A stretch of 63,504 nucleotides of DNA, the filler included, from Craspedostauros australis (taxonomy: Eukaryota), in NCBI GenBank assembly GCA_030167865.1. It is 15 parts of 15 records of this genome, joined end to end, with 100 filler letters (N's around TTAATTAATTAA, not from the genome) between each part and the next. Parts side by side here need not be neighbours in the genome. Positions count along the whole stretch, not along the records: positions 34,097 to 38,016 come from JALAGF010003207.1; positions 38,117 to 41,934 come from JALAGF010003209.1; positions 42,035 to 43,084 come from JALAGF010003210.1; positions 43,185 to 44,657 come from JALAGF010003211.1; positions 44,758 to 46,149 come from JALAGF010003212.1; positions 46,250 to 50,101 come from JALAGF010003213.1; 9 more parts are not named here. The stretch is one strand, 5' to 3'. The position numbers and the translations under genes were made by a program. Within the stretch, counting starts at the first letter, position 1; every line of letters starts with the position of its first letter. The notes beneath the pieces were generated by a model. It worked only from the letters and a program-made list of their open reading frames with translations. It was not told the DNA's origin and did no database searches. Positions 35,190 to 46,924 of this stretch are shown here, piece by piece.

Positions 35190-38016
35190 ATGAGCGAGGA
35201 AGAGGAATTGAAAGACATCCCTCTGTCCAATCCAGCTATCAAGCAAGAAGAAGGTGCGAGTGAGACTCCACCACGAGAAGAGAAGGAAGTAGCAGCGGCT
35301 ACTGTCCTATCAGGCGCAGAGGCAAGCGCAATCGACAAGACCGAAGAAGAACGGTCTGCAAGACTACAACGCAAGGAGAAGAGGATTCTCAAGGCGGCCA
35401 AACAAGAGGAGACTGGTGTGACGGAGAGCATTCGCACAGCCAAACAGAGTGGGAAAAGTGAGACACCACCAGGAGGAGAATTTGTGAGCAAATCAGTCCT
35501 CGTGAAACAACAAGAGAAATTCGAAAAAGTGACAACACAGAAACAGACGGAAATCAAGGGCGCGAGCGCACCAACCACGAAACAACGAATCAACATGGCG
35601 ACATCAGCCAACATGAACAAGCGACGTATCAAGGCGCCGATGTTCAGCGGTGAACAGGAAGACTACAGCGCATGGGAGTCCCAAGCGAAGACATACGCTC
35701 GTGCACAGAAGACGAGAGATGTGATGTTGGGCAAGACCAAGGTCCCAACAGTGAGTGAGATCGCGGCAGCCGCCGACGACGCGAAGGAAGCGATGGAAGA
35801 AATCTACGAGCTGGGATGCGACTGCTTCAGCGATCTGATCCTCATGATGGATGCAGAGAAAGGAAAAGGCAAGCAGGCCATCCAGTACATCAACCAATGC
35901 GTCTCCAACGACTACCCCGAAGGAGATCCACACGCAGCGTGGAACGTTCTTGCGGAGAAGTTCTGACCATCCGATGCAGCAACAAAGATCAAACTCAAGC
36001 GACAGTTCAATAACAAGAAGATGAAGAGAGACTCGGACCCTGACATCTACATCACGCGACTCGAGGGTCTACGCTCGCGTCTCCACGATGTCAAGTACGA
36101 GATCACAGACAAGGAGATGATCATGCAAATCCTCAGCACGGTGAGCAGCGAATACAGAACCCACATCGTGAACTTCCAACACCAACTCACGTTTAATCCG
36201 GAACTGATTACCATCAACGCGATCAGAGGAGTACTCCGCACAGCATACGCCACTCATCAAGGAGGCAAGGCGTACGTCGACGACTTCCAAGACAGTAACA
36301 CGAAGAGCAACGACACCAGCTTCACAAGCACCGGTAACTTCAAGGGCACCTGTCACAACTGTGGTGTGTATGGTCACAGATCCGCCGATTGCCCAGAACG
36401 CAAGAAATCGAACAACAAGAAAACAACAACAACAACAACAACAAGATGAACGGAAAGCGCAACAACAACCGCAACAAAGGAAACGGCTTCAACGGGAAAT
36501 GCAACTACTGTGGCATCTTCGGACACCGCGAGGCGGAGTGCCGAAAGAAGAAGTTCAACGAGAACAAGAAGGCCAACGGACAAGCCAACACGACAACGGA
36601 AGGACACGACAAGAGCGGGCACGAGATGGTACTCTCGGCAAAGGACACGCCGCTCTGCATGTTGGTGTCCGACGACTACATCGAAGACTCCTTCTTCGAT
36701 AACTTCGAATACGTCGGAAGTGACGACGAAGTGCAGGATGATGAGATCATCCCGGAGTGGCTCAGCGAGGAGCCAATCATCCACGAGGTGGATCCAAGAC
36801 GCGAAGTGAGCTACGAATGCTGCTTCAACGCGCACGACCTGATCGGTCCATACGGCGACGGAGCCGAGATGGGCAGCGAGGCCAACGATAGCGACATCGA
36901 AGAGGCCATGAGTAAAGAGGCCGACGACGAGATCAACGAGAATGATAGAGGCCAAGACGAAACGAACGGCGGCGCGGCGCCGCCTCCTCCAGCGGCGGGG
37001 AACAACAGATCGGGCATCTTTGATGAAGATGACAGCAACGAAACCGAAGACCATCCAGACGACAGCTTCAACCCAAACGAGCGTGTCGTCTACCCAGGGA
37101 ACATTGACTTCCCACCGATTGAGAATCCCAACAACTCAAACTACCTCCATCGTCATGACACCATTCCGTATGGAACGGAAACAGCATTGATAATCCAGAA
37201 GCAACTCATCTTCGATGCTGTAATGGAAGCAGGAGTGAAACTGTTCCCAGGAGTCGCACAAGGAGTGCTCAGATCAATATGGGTGAACATGATGGGATCC
37301 ATCCTATCCGAGAACTTCAGATCAATCGAAGAGATTCTCGCCAATTCGGTCATCATCAATCGCATACTGGAAGCAGCCGAGACAGAGACAATCCCAGAGA
37401 CGGATCTACATTACATCCTTGGAGGATGTATGCGCGTACTCTTACGCGAACGACCACGCGTCAACCCATACGATCCAGTCACCAGAACTCATCGAAACAG
37501 CACAGTTCCATCGGACTATGCACAACTACCCGATGACATGGATGATGAGGATCACCATAATCCATACAGCGAAGATGGAGTTCATGAAGATGACGACGAC
37601 GACAGCTTCGACGATGAGATAGCTGCAGCAGCTGTGGAGCAGCTCCACGAGCTGAGCACCAAGTACAAGGACAAGGACAAAGTCAACAAGGACACCTGGC
37701 TTGCCGACAGTGGAGCTTTGTGTCACATCGTCAATTCGGACGCCGCCCTCTTCAACGTGTGGCACATCAAATCCTTTGTCCAAGTGGGAGACAGCACGAA
37801 GCTGGACTCTCCCAAGATGGGATCCATTCGCTTGAAGGTCAAGCAATGAGACAACACTGGCCACATCATCCAGCTCGACGATGTGAAGTACAAACCAAAA
37901 ATGGTGGTGAACCTTTTCTCAACAAATAAGGCTCTGGGACACGCGGCAAAATGTCGAGTATGACCCCAAAACCTCATGACTTAAATACGAACGACAGTTT
38001 CAGTGATGTTTGATAT
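35190..38016 (+). pseudogene. Degenerate Copia gag-protease polyprotein
   Basis: FSGEQEDYSAW; two CCHC knuckles (CHNCGVYGHRSADC, CNYCGIFGHREAEC); protease WLADSGA; TGA stops at 35964 and 37847; frameshift near 36420. Confidence 0.9.
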
Positions 38017-38389
38017 NNNNNNNNNNNNNNNNNNNNNNNNNNNNNNNNNNNNNNNNNNNNTTAATTAATTAANNNNNNNNNNNNNNNNNNNNNNNNNNNN
38101 NNNNNNNNNNNNNNNNAGCATGAAGCAGCGACGATACAACCAAGAAATGAGCAACAGAGCAAGCAGAACAAAGCGTCTGTTCAAGTGGTTAAGACTTGGG
38201 CGGCATGCATGCCATCCACGTCCAAAAGGGGCGTATTGGAGCGAAACCAGTGACGAGGGCTCAGAGGAGTCACGAGCAGCAGCAGACAACAAAAAGGCAC
38301 AGAAGGTGCACCGCAGAAGAAAGAAACAGATCACAATCCGTCAAACAACACTTTTAGACACGATCTTATACCCAACTACCGTCTCCGTT

Positions 38390-38544
38390 TCAATATGTTC
38401 CATTTCCACTGTAATTCTGACGAATCACAGCATACTATCGACACGAATGTAGTTGTACCGTCCAAGTGCGTATGAGAGAATAACGGGTGAACGATGCACA
38501 TATACACGTACATCTTGACATATACTCACATGTACATCTCGACA
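38390..38544 (-). mobile_element. LTR 5' fragment homologous to 34321-34475
   Basis: Reverse complement TGTCGAGATGTACATGTGAGTAT... is near-identical over about 150 bp. Confidence 0.85.
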
Positions 38545-39875
38545 TGCACTTCTAACTCCATAGCCGGACTCTGTGACGTGTGATTGGAGTGGTTATTGTG
38601 TTGGATCGGAATACGATTGACAGTTCCTATGCGCAGATATCCAAATCACTGTCCAATGCGATGCGTACCATTTAGGACTGCGTGATATCAGCATCCGTTG
38701 AATTAGATCCCTTCCAAAGGGATCGAAGACTTCAAAATCCATGGCTATACTCTTTGGAGCGTGTTTGTAGCTACGCAGTTGGTCAGATCTCTCAAAACGG
38801 CCTGCCAAATGCATAGATATGCGGAATACAGTACAGCGTCGAACGTACCGCAGAGTATGACGAGGTTCATCGATTTGGATGCCGGCATTTCTTCCAGAAG
38901 GATCCAGATCCTCGCAAGCCACCCCCACACCCATTGAAGGTCTGTCGCTATGATGACATTCGTAGAATTGCAGATGTTGAATCGTTCATATGAAGGTTTG
39001 GTCAAAACCTGCACACCGCACACAGCTACTGTGCGGTATCAGGTGATTTGATCGCGCATATTCTGCAACACCTTCTAGATGAATCCAATCACTTTCTTGC
39101 TGGATTTCTACCCATTGCAATGCCCTCGATGCGCTGATCTTGCTGAAATGTAATATGCTTATCCTTTCCGATGAAGGCTTCATCAGAATACGATCCACAA
39201 CGCAAAGAGTTGGAGCAAACAAATGGATGATGCACATCTCTACAACTAATGTAGTCATTATCCCTTCATTAGATGCTACATATTCGTATGGACAATTTAC
39301 ATGCATTCTATGGCGATTTTGACAAACATGTATGATGTGGCTTGTACTTTCCTGTGTGATACAGGTGGTCTACATTGATATACTTACCTTGGAGGTCGAT
39401 GTGAAATCTCCGTGTCCATGAGATGTCGCACAGACATTTGGACGTTTTGTGCCACTAAGTGTTGGAAAAACAGGCTGGTTAGTGCAAATCGGCACTTCAA
39501 AAAGGCTGGTTAGTGAATTTCCTCCTGGAACAACGCAAAGCAGAAAAACGACAACAAATCGGCGCCGACAAACTTGTTCTGGTTGCCTTCGCCTCCCTCC
39601 ATCAGCAATCGAAGGCACTCGAAGAGAACGGCAACAGTGGCGACGGCAACCCAGGCAACCACAACACAGAGAGTGCACAAGAGGCAGAGCCTTCCAGGCG
39701 ACTCGATCACTCCAAATCACATACTATACGAGTATTTGCCACAGTAGTACTTGCTGTTGTTGCCGATAACACAACAGGCACAGCACACACTCCAACAACA
39801 ACGCCAACAAGCGCAGCACAAACGCCAACAACAACAACAACAACAACAACAACAGCATCGCCACCTCCACACACC

Positions 39876-41342
39876 ATGGCGCGATCAAGAACCACCAAGC
39901 TTTCAGGCACGAGAGCCTCATCCACAGTTAGCATGAACAATAAGTATGCCGCCGTCTTCATCTTCGCCATCGCAATCGCATTGGTGAATTGTTGGCAATC
40001 GTTGAGATTGTCGGGGCCTTCCCAAATCGTTGATGATTTGGTGGAAGATGTCATCAACAATCCAGCACAGGTATCAGGAAACAACTCACGTCCGTTCCTA
40101 CCGACTCAAAACGTCGCCGACTTTCCTGCCTTCATGCTACAATGGCCAACTGATCCTTTCGATCCAGATGAATGTGACATCCTCGACACGTCAATACCGC
40201 ACGTCTTCGCCATCACCGACTATCCGAGATCGTACAGTTTAGACGACATCTTTGTTGTCGAGAACAGCAATCTCACTGAGGCATGGAATCAAGTCGGCGG
40301 CATGATGAATGAAGGCAACCAGACGAGTATATCAACGAACCGACAAACAAATCGTCACCAAGTCCAGATGGTCGCATGCAACATGGAGGACGCCTGGGTG
40401 ATGTGGCACTTCCCACATCTGATGCAAAACCTCGTGCCATGCTGGTCGCTGTGGCGGCACTTTCCGGATGCTCAACATCTGATAGTCATAGGGAAGCGCA
40501 ACAGAAAGCGTTTCGGTGTCAAATCCGCGTACAATCGGGGGATCTCCAACCTGCTGCGGGCACACAACATCAGCATCGTGCGCAAGGATGACGATGGACT
40601 CAAGGAAGAATCCAAGGATACAGAAACCTCTCGCATCATCGTCCATGCAAAGATGGATCTCACCACTGGCTATCGAGCGTTCAACGGAGATGACGTACAG
40701 CACCTGCGACGAAGTGTCTTGTCCATGCTGGGCATGGACCACTTCATGGAAAGATCCTGCGGAATGGCTTCCTCATCCAACGAGGAAAGCACGTCGCCGA
40801 CAGGATCCACAGCCAATGATGATCCAGAGATTGAGGATGGATCAAGCACACACCAAATCCGCATACCGCGCATCGTACTTATCAATCGCAAGGGCACCAG
40901 ACGACTGAAGGGCGCGCACAATACTTCCATGCTCTTGCGGGAGGAACTTCGCCTTCCGTACACACCACCTGTTGTGTTCTTCGAGGGCATGACATTCGAA
41001 GAGCAGGTGAATACGTTCGCCAACAGCGATATTCTGCTGTCGCCGCATGGCGCGCAGTTGACATCCATTCCGTTCATGCCGCGCTGCAGCTCTGTGATAG
41101 AGGTGCTCCCGCGTGGTTACGACTGGAACAAGTTCTTTGGAACGTTGGCAGCACTGTCGGGTGTGAATCATTCGTACATCTATCTTGGCAAGAATCCGGT
41201 GAAGGAGACGAAACGCTTGAGAAGTTCAATACGCGACGTAGGCTTGCGTGACGTGATGTTGTGCGCACCTGCGCATCCAATAATAGAGGCCGTGAAGATG
41301 CAAGTTGACCAATGGCAACGATGCTGTGGATTCGCTGCATAA
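39876..41342 (+). CDS. Glycosyltransferase family 61-like (DUF563) type II membrane protein
   Basis: Signal anchor YAAVFIFAIAIALV; HFPHLMQ, INRKGTRRL, FEEQV...ILLSPHGAQLTSIPFM...VIEV. Confidence 0.85.
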   Translation: MARSRTTKLSGTRASSTVSMNNKYAAVFIFAIAIALVNCWQSLRLSGPSQIVDDLVEDVINNPAQVSGNNSRPFLPTQNVADFPAFMLQWPTDPFDPDECDILDTSIPHVFAITDYPRSYSLDDIFVVENSNLTEAWNQVGGMMNEGNQTSISTNRQTNRHQVQMVACNMEDAWVMWHFPHLMQNLVPCWSLWRHFPDAQHLIVIGKRNRKRFGVKSAYNRGISNLLRAHNISIVRKDDDGLKEESKDTETSRIIVHAKMDLTTGYRAFNGDDVQHLRRSVLSMLGMDHFMERSCGMASSSNEESTSPTGSTANDDPEIEDGSSTHQIRIPRIVLINRKGTRRLKGAHNTSMLLREELRLPYTPPVVFFEGMTFEEQVNTFANSDILLSPHGAQLTSIPFMPRCSSVIEVLPRGYDWNKFFGTLAALSGVNHSYIYLGKNPVKETKRLRSSIRDVGLRDVMLCAPAHPIIEAVKMQVDQWQRCCGFAA

Positions 41343-41743
41343 CAAATCGATTGGAGTGGAGTGGAATAGAGCAAATAATAGAATAGAATAGAGTATAATG
41401 TAATAGTAGAGCAGCAATTGTGGTGGTAGCACATATTTTATATGCTTGGCTCGACTCTTCACTGCGATGTGTTATGCCGGACTGCACTCGCTGAACATCT
41501 GTGTGAATCTTCTCTTCTACTGGCATGCTGGTACTACTACGATCTATTGTATGGGCCTGCGCATGTACGAGTCCTTGTGCAGAGTTGTGGTACAGCAGAC
41601 AGTTCCTGCGTTCCACACATTCTCGGCGATGTTCGACCCGGACCATCCAAAATTCAAAGCCGGAGAAATGCCCAGAATTAAGCCCCGACTCGCTGGAATG
41701 TTCGAATCCGTCACGAATCAGCCGCATGGTCATGATGGTCATA

Positions 41744-41934
41744 GGAGCCACCCGAGTGAGTCGACCAACACTTTGAAATGGACATTCTAACTTTTCATCT
41801 GCGATATCCAAACCAAGCACATATACGTAATCCCAATAATCTGATTATATATAATTAACCGTTACATTTTTTGTTAGATCCTTATTTTAAGTTTTATGGA
41901 GTGATCTATGTATGTATAGCAGTCACGTTGGTCC
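41744..41934. repeat. AT-rich dispersed repeat, copy 2
   Basis: Aligns with 26539-26730. Confidence 0.8.
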
Positions 41935-42034
41935 NNNNNNNNNNNNNNNNNNNNNNNNNNNNNNNNNNNNNNNNNNNNTTAATTAATTAANNNNNNNNNN
42001 NNNNNNNNNNNNNNNNNNNNNNNNNNNNNNNNNN

Positions 42035-43084
42035 GGGGTGATCAGGGTCCATCAGCATCGTTCGTCGCGAAGTGTTCTTCAGGTATCCGAAGATGTGGTA
42101 AGCCTGCTCGAGATGTCCAACCCGTGGCATGGCGAGGTGAGATGACAGCAGTGACACTTCCAGCAAGATGTCGACTCTGCCAATCTCAATGGCCCATCGC
42201 AGCACTCCGATCAGCTCCTGGAACCGCCGCAATCCATCTGCTTTGAGTTCTGGCGTCTCATCTTCTGCTGGATGGTAGCTGCAAGTGAATGGTGTCCGGC
42301 ATCCTGATGGTAGTCGTAGTCCTTGCTTGTCCAGCTTCTCCTCGACGTTCTCAATGGCTGCCTTGCAGTATTTCTCCGATGACACGCTCCAACACCGCGT
42401 GCCATGTTCATTGCTCTTCTGACTGAGTGATGCACCAAGATACATGTCTGGCGGCTCAACCTTGTCCCCTTTCAATTTGAAGACAGAAGCAACNCCATCG
42501 ATGACCTCTCTGGGCTTATGGCTCATCGCCATCACGTCGTCAACATAGCAAAGCACGATCTCGTAGTATTCGAAACCGTTGGGTTTGGTAGCCGCTCGTA
42601 ACCATACGTCTGGATCAGCCTTCGATGATCGGAATGAGCTGTCATGAAGTACACCTGCCATTTTGGCCCGAAATGCTGCTCCGGAGGACTTCAACCCGTA
42701 CAGAGCTTTGCGCACGAGCATGATCTGTCCTTCCTCAGCAGCAAACTCNGGTCCCGCCCTGGTCCAGACCTTCTCTCGGCAGTCTGCTGTCAGGTATGCA
42801 TTCTGGATGTCACATGCCAGCACCTCCAGGTCATTCATCGCGGCGATGGTCAGCGCGATCCGCACTGAGTCCCTGGATACCACCGACGAATATGTGATGG
42901 ATGATGGTGTTGTGGTCTTGTGTCCCCCAGCCACGAGCCTTGCCTTCCGTCGGAAGTTCTCGCCCAGCTTCACATCGAATATCAAATGACACTCGATCTG
43001 CTGGTATCCCTTTGGTAGCTTCGACTCGTTGCCTTCGAATGCCTCGAATGCTGGTCGAACGTTCTTCATCTCCTTCAGGATCGA
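42035..43084 (-). mobile_element. Copia (CoDi-type) reverse transcriptase fragment
   Basis: RKARLVAGGH, DIQNAYL, KALYGLKSSG, YVDD, EIGRVDI; open throughout. Confidence 0.96.
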
Positions 43085-43184
43085 NNNNNNNNNNNNNNNN
43101 NNNNNNNNNNNNNNNNNNNNNNNNNNNNTTAATTAATTAANNNNNNNNNNNNNNNNNNNNNNNNNNNNNNNNNNNNNNNNNNNN

Positions 43185-44657
43185 ACTCACCAACCTACTG
43201 CACTACCACGGATTGATCACCCTTCGGCGTACAGTAAGTTACCCTCGTTTTCTATATCGTTCTATCAGATTAACAGTCGCACTCGCTCCACACCTGTGTT
43301 GATCGAGTGAATATCCACTTCCTCTGCTTCAAGCATCCTCAGCTACCCCACGTGACGACGTGACACTCTCTGCCCAGTTCTCTGTGCAGACACACTCTTC
43401 TGTTCGGACTCCACCGTTCAGCTCCACTCGGCTTCGGCCCTCGCGCGCTNNNNNNNNNNNNNNNNNNNNNNNNNNNNNNNNNNNNNNNNNNNNNNNNNNN
43501 NNNNNNNNNNNNNNNNNNNNNNNNNNNNNNNNNNNNNNCTCGTCACAGACGATTGATCAAGTGTGCTTTCCTGCTCTATTTCTTGAATCGTACAACAACA
43601 TCGCCCACGGCGATCTACGCGAGAAACCAGAAATAACAAATCAAACAAACACTCCGCCAACTACAACAAAACAAACACACAACAAACAATCTACATCACA
43701 TCACATCAACCATCACCCATCACCAAACATCACCCATCACCGAACGCTTTCATCATGGCTACCAACACCAACGTCACCGACATCAACGAGTACACCATAC
43801 TCAACCACGTCTTGTCTGTCATCGGCATTCAGGCCCATTCTTGGCAACGTCGCGCTCTCAACGAGGCCGGCATCGCCANNNNNNNNNNNNNNNNNNNNNN
43901 NNNNNNNNNNNNNNNNNNNNNNNNNNNNNNNNNNNACGACGACGACAACACATTCCGTCCCATGAATGTGCTTGTTGTCAACAAGATCCTCGCATTGGTA
44001 CGCTGGATCAATCTCCAACCACGATTGACTCCCGATGAATGGATGAGTGTCGACATGTACGACATCTCGCACCCATCTGTCATCGGGGTCGCGGGTCCCC
44101 GGACCCCGGCCAGCTACCGTCCCCGAGGAGGTGTCAGCATCATTCCTCCCAGTACTCGCACTCGCCGTACTGTGGATGACGACGAGGACATTGAATCTGT
44201 GTCCCCTCCTGATCGGACCAGATTTGCTACTCCGGTGACCGAACCTTCGGCACGTGTCGCAACAGCGGAAACTCCAATCGCTGGTGCTCCTGTGCCAAGT
44301 GTTTCATTCTCTCCNTCGAGCGCTCTCCCAGAGTCGTTCACCAAGGAGTTCAGCCGTGGTGTCAAGCGTGAGGCCCTCGCATTCCCCACNCTGAAGGANG
44401 ACAAGCGTTTCCTTTCGTTCCGGCGCCAATTCGAAGCGATCGCGTATACTCATGGACTTGAGTATCACATCGATCCTTCGTGGGAACCGGGTCCATCGGA
44501 CATGTTGTTCTACAACATGCAGAACAGGTACCTCTACTCTGTTCTGAGCCTCCATGTCAAGACTTCGCGTGGTGACCAGCTCCTTCGCAAGCACCAAGCA
44601 AGCAAGGACGGTCGAGCTGTCTATCAGAGTCTCATTGAGACTTACACCAATGGTGTC
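43185..44657 (+). mobile_element. CoDi-like element 5' end: LTR 3' end (to 43267), PBS, leader and gag start (ATG 43755)
   Basis: gag is homologous to the 46925 ORF (ILNHVL..IGI, KILAL.RW, F.RG.KR); PBS identical to 46696. Confidence 0.88.
43268..43281 (+). promoter_or_regulatory. Primer-binding site GATTAACAGTCGCA (complement of a tRNA-Asn anticodon arm)
   Basis: Directly follows the LTR-terminal CA; identical 14-mer at 46696. Confidence 0.8.
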
Positions 44658-44757
44658 NNNNNNNNNNNNNNNNNNNNNNNNNNNNNNNNNNNNNNNNNNN
44701 NTTAATTAATTAANNNNNNNNNNNNNNNNNNNNNNNNNNNNNNNNNNNNNNNNNNNN

Positions 44758-45203
44758 TATTAGCATTATGCTTTATTCCGCACAGCTCTCTCTCGTGTTC
44801 CAGCTTAGTTGTGCGTATGAACCGTATCCTGAACCAACACGGACCATGAAATGGTCACATTACGAGCGAATAGCTCGACGAGAAACGAAAATGAAGATGT
44901 ACCAAGGTACTGGGTACCAGAGACAAGGTACCACGATACAAGAACGATACTGTGAGATAGCTACTGACCCAAACAAGTTGAACTTGAAGAGATCTAAGGA
45001 TCCCATCCGATGCTTGCAGAACAGAGGAATGCAAGAGCAGAGGCATGGACATGAACAGAGGTCAGAGATTAAGCTCACAACTCTTAAGTTTGTAATAACA
45101 TTTGAGTTCCCAACAGACTACCAGTGAACGCCACCTTCTCGACCTGATCAATCGCAGAAGGACGCGTTCTTCCTAAGTTACAACCAATTCCTCAAGTCTA
45201 ACA
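44758..45203 (+). mobile_element. 3' or solo LTR, 446 bp, apparently identical to 46250-46695
   Basis: Matches the second copy through TCTAACA, then runs into host ODC coding sequence rather than the PBS. Confidence 0.92.
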
Positions 45204-46047
45204 TCTGCTGAGCACTGCCAAGGAATGCGGCTTGCCCGTCGTCGGTGTTGCCTTCCATGTTGGTTCCAACTGCCGCACTGCATCCACTTACAAGACGGCA
45301 CTGAACGATGCCCGCGAAATCTTCGATATGGGCAAGAACGAGTTCGGCTTCGATATGAACCTCTTGGACATCGGCGGTGGCTTCCCTGGCGACACGATCT
45401 CCCCTTGGAATCCGGCCAACCTCTCCNAGGTCCCCAATGAGGATCATCCCAAGGAATTGGAGGAAGATGAAGAGGCGCTNGAGAGGGCGATGTCCCTCAT
45501 GTCGTTCCCCGGCATGGCCGATCAGATCTCGCCCCTCATCGACGAGATCTTCCCTGAGGACAGCGTCCAAGTCATGGGCGAGCCAGGACGATACCTGGTG
45601 TCCGCCTGCTCTGCTGTCGTCGTTTCTGTCACCAGCGTCCGCAGCAACCTTGCCAACAAAGACAATGCCGAGGGCTCAGACAAGACAGCTGTTGCTGCCC
45701 GCGACGACTTCGCCTACTACCTCAACGAAGGCGTGTATGGTCCATTCAACAATCTAATTTGGGACGACACCCTCCACGTGAGACCACGGTTGTTGCGCAG
45801 CAACCCCATCAAGTCTACTAATCACAACGAAGACGTTCTCTACCCCTCCACCATCTTCGGCCCCACCTGCGATGCTGGCGATGTTGTCAACCGGTCGGTC
45901 CTCCTGCCGCAGCTGGAGATCGGCGACTGCCTCTACTACAAGAACCTGGGAGCCTACACTAGCAGCTCGGCGTGCACCTTCAATGGATTCAGTCTGGCCA
46001 AGAAGTACTACACCTGCAGCGTTTTGCCCAAGATGTTGGAGGAGTAG
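45204..46047 (+). pseudogene. ODC: Ornithine decarboxylase (group IV PLP decarboxylase), C-terminal half, interrupted by an LTR
   Basis: [41 protein letters not shown]; the N-terminal PLP-lysine region is replaced by the LTR. Confidence 0.9.
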
Positions 46048-46249
46048 ATTCCAATCAGCGCAAGGGCGGATACAAGAGCAGAGCATGTTTGCGATTGCTG
46101 CGGCGCGGCAATCAGTGGGGATGTCGATGGCATCAAGAGGCGTGGAAACNNNNNNNNNNNNNNNNNNNNNNNNNNNNNNNNNNNNNNNNNNNNTTAATTA
46201 ATTAANNNNNNNNNNNNNNNNNNNNNNNNNNNNNNNNNNNNNNNNNNNN

Positions 46250-46695
46250 TATTAGCATTATGCTTTATTCCGCACAGCTCTCTCTCGTGTTCCAGCTTAG
46301 TTGTGCGTATGAACCGTATCCTGAACCAACACGGACCATGAAATGGTCACATTACGAGCGAATAGCTCGACGAGAAACGAAAATGAAGATGTACCAAGGT
46401 ACTGGGTACCAGAGACAAGGTACCACGATACAAGAACGATACTGTGAGATAGCTACTGACCCAAACAAGTTGAACTTGAAGAGATCTAAGGATCCCATCC
46501 GATGCTTGCAGAACAGAGGAATGCAAGAGCAGAGGCATGGACATGAACAGAGGTCAGAGATTAAGCTCACAACTCTTAAGTTTGTAATAACATTTGAGTT
46601 CCCAACAGACTACCAGTGAACGCCACCTTCTCGACCTGATCAATCGCAGAAGGACGCGTTCTTCCTAAGTTACAACCAATTCCTCAAGTCTAACA
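46250..46695 (+). mobile_element. 5' LTR of a CoDi-like Copia element
   Basis: Followed by PBS, leader and gag-pol; ends TATTAG...CTAACA form an imperfect inverted repeat. Confidence 0.92.
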
Positions 46696-46709
46696 GATTA
46701 ACAGTCGCA
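46696..46709 (+). promoter_or_regulatory. Primer-binding site GATTAACAGTCGCA
   Basis: Begins exactly where identity between the two LTR copies ends. Confidence 0.85.
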
Positions 46710-46924
46710 ATACCCTACGTCCCTAGCTGACTGAGTGAACGAACAACCCCATATCAAGACAGCTGCATCCCAGCTGACCGAACGAGCATCACGTGACGAC
46801 GTGATAGCACCTGAACCGCAATTGCATTGAACGAGTCCGCAACAGCCTGTTGCCGACCAACTGAACCCTCATCACCCGAGCGCATCCGCTGTGAAGAGAC
46901 AGAACGAACCTGATCATCTCCAAG

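Noticed and set aside
36410..36450. Programmed -1 frameshift in gag
   Set aside because: No complete slippery heptamer; lies at an A-run next to an AAC microsatellite in a copy with other stops, so a 1-nt deletion or error is more likely
42035..43084. RT as part of a retron, DGR or other novel RT system
   Set aside because: Motifs are plainly Copia-type
44768..45127. Duplicated 119-aa ORF (also 46260-46619)
   Set aside because: Lies wholly inside the LTR and has no recognisable motifs
44758..46695. ODC captured between two LTRs as retroelement cargo
   Set aside because: The two LTR copies are on different contigs separated by a linker; there is no PBS after the first LTR, so insertion into ODC fits better
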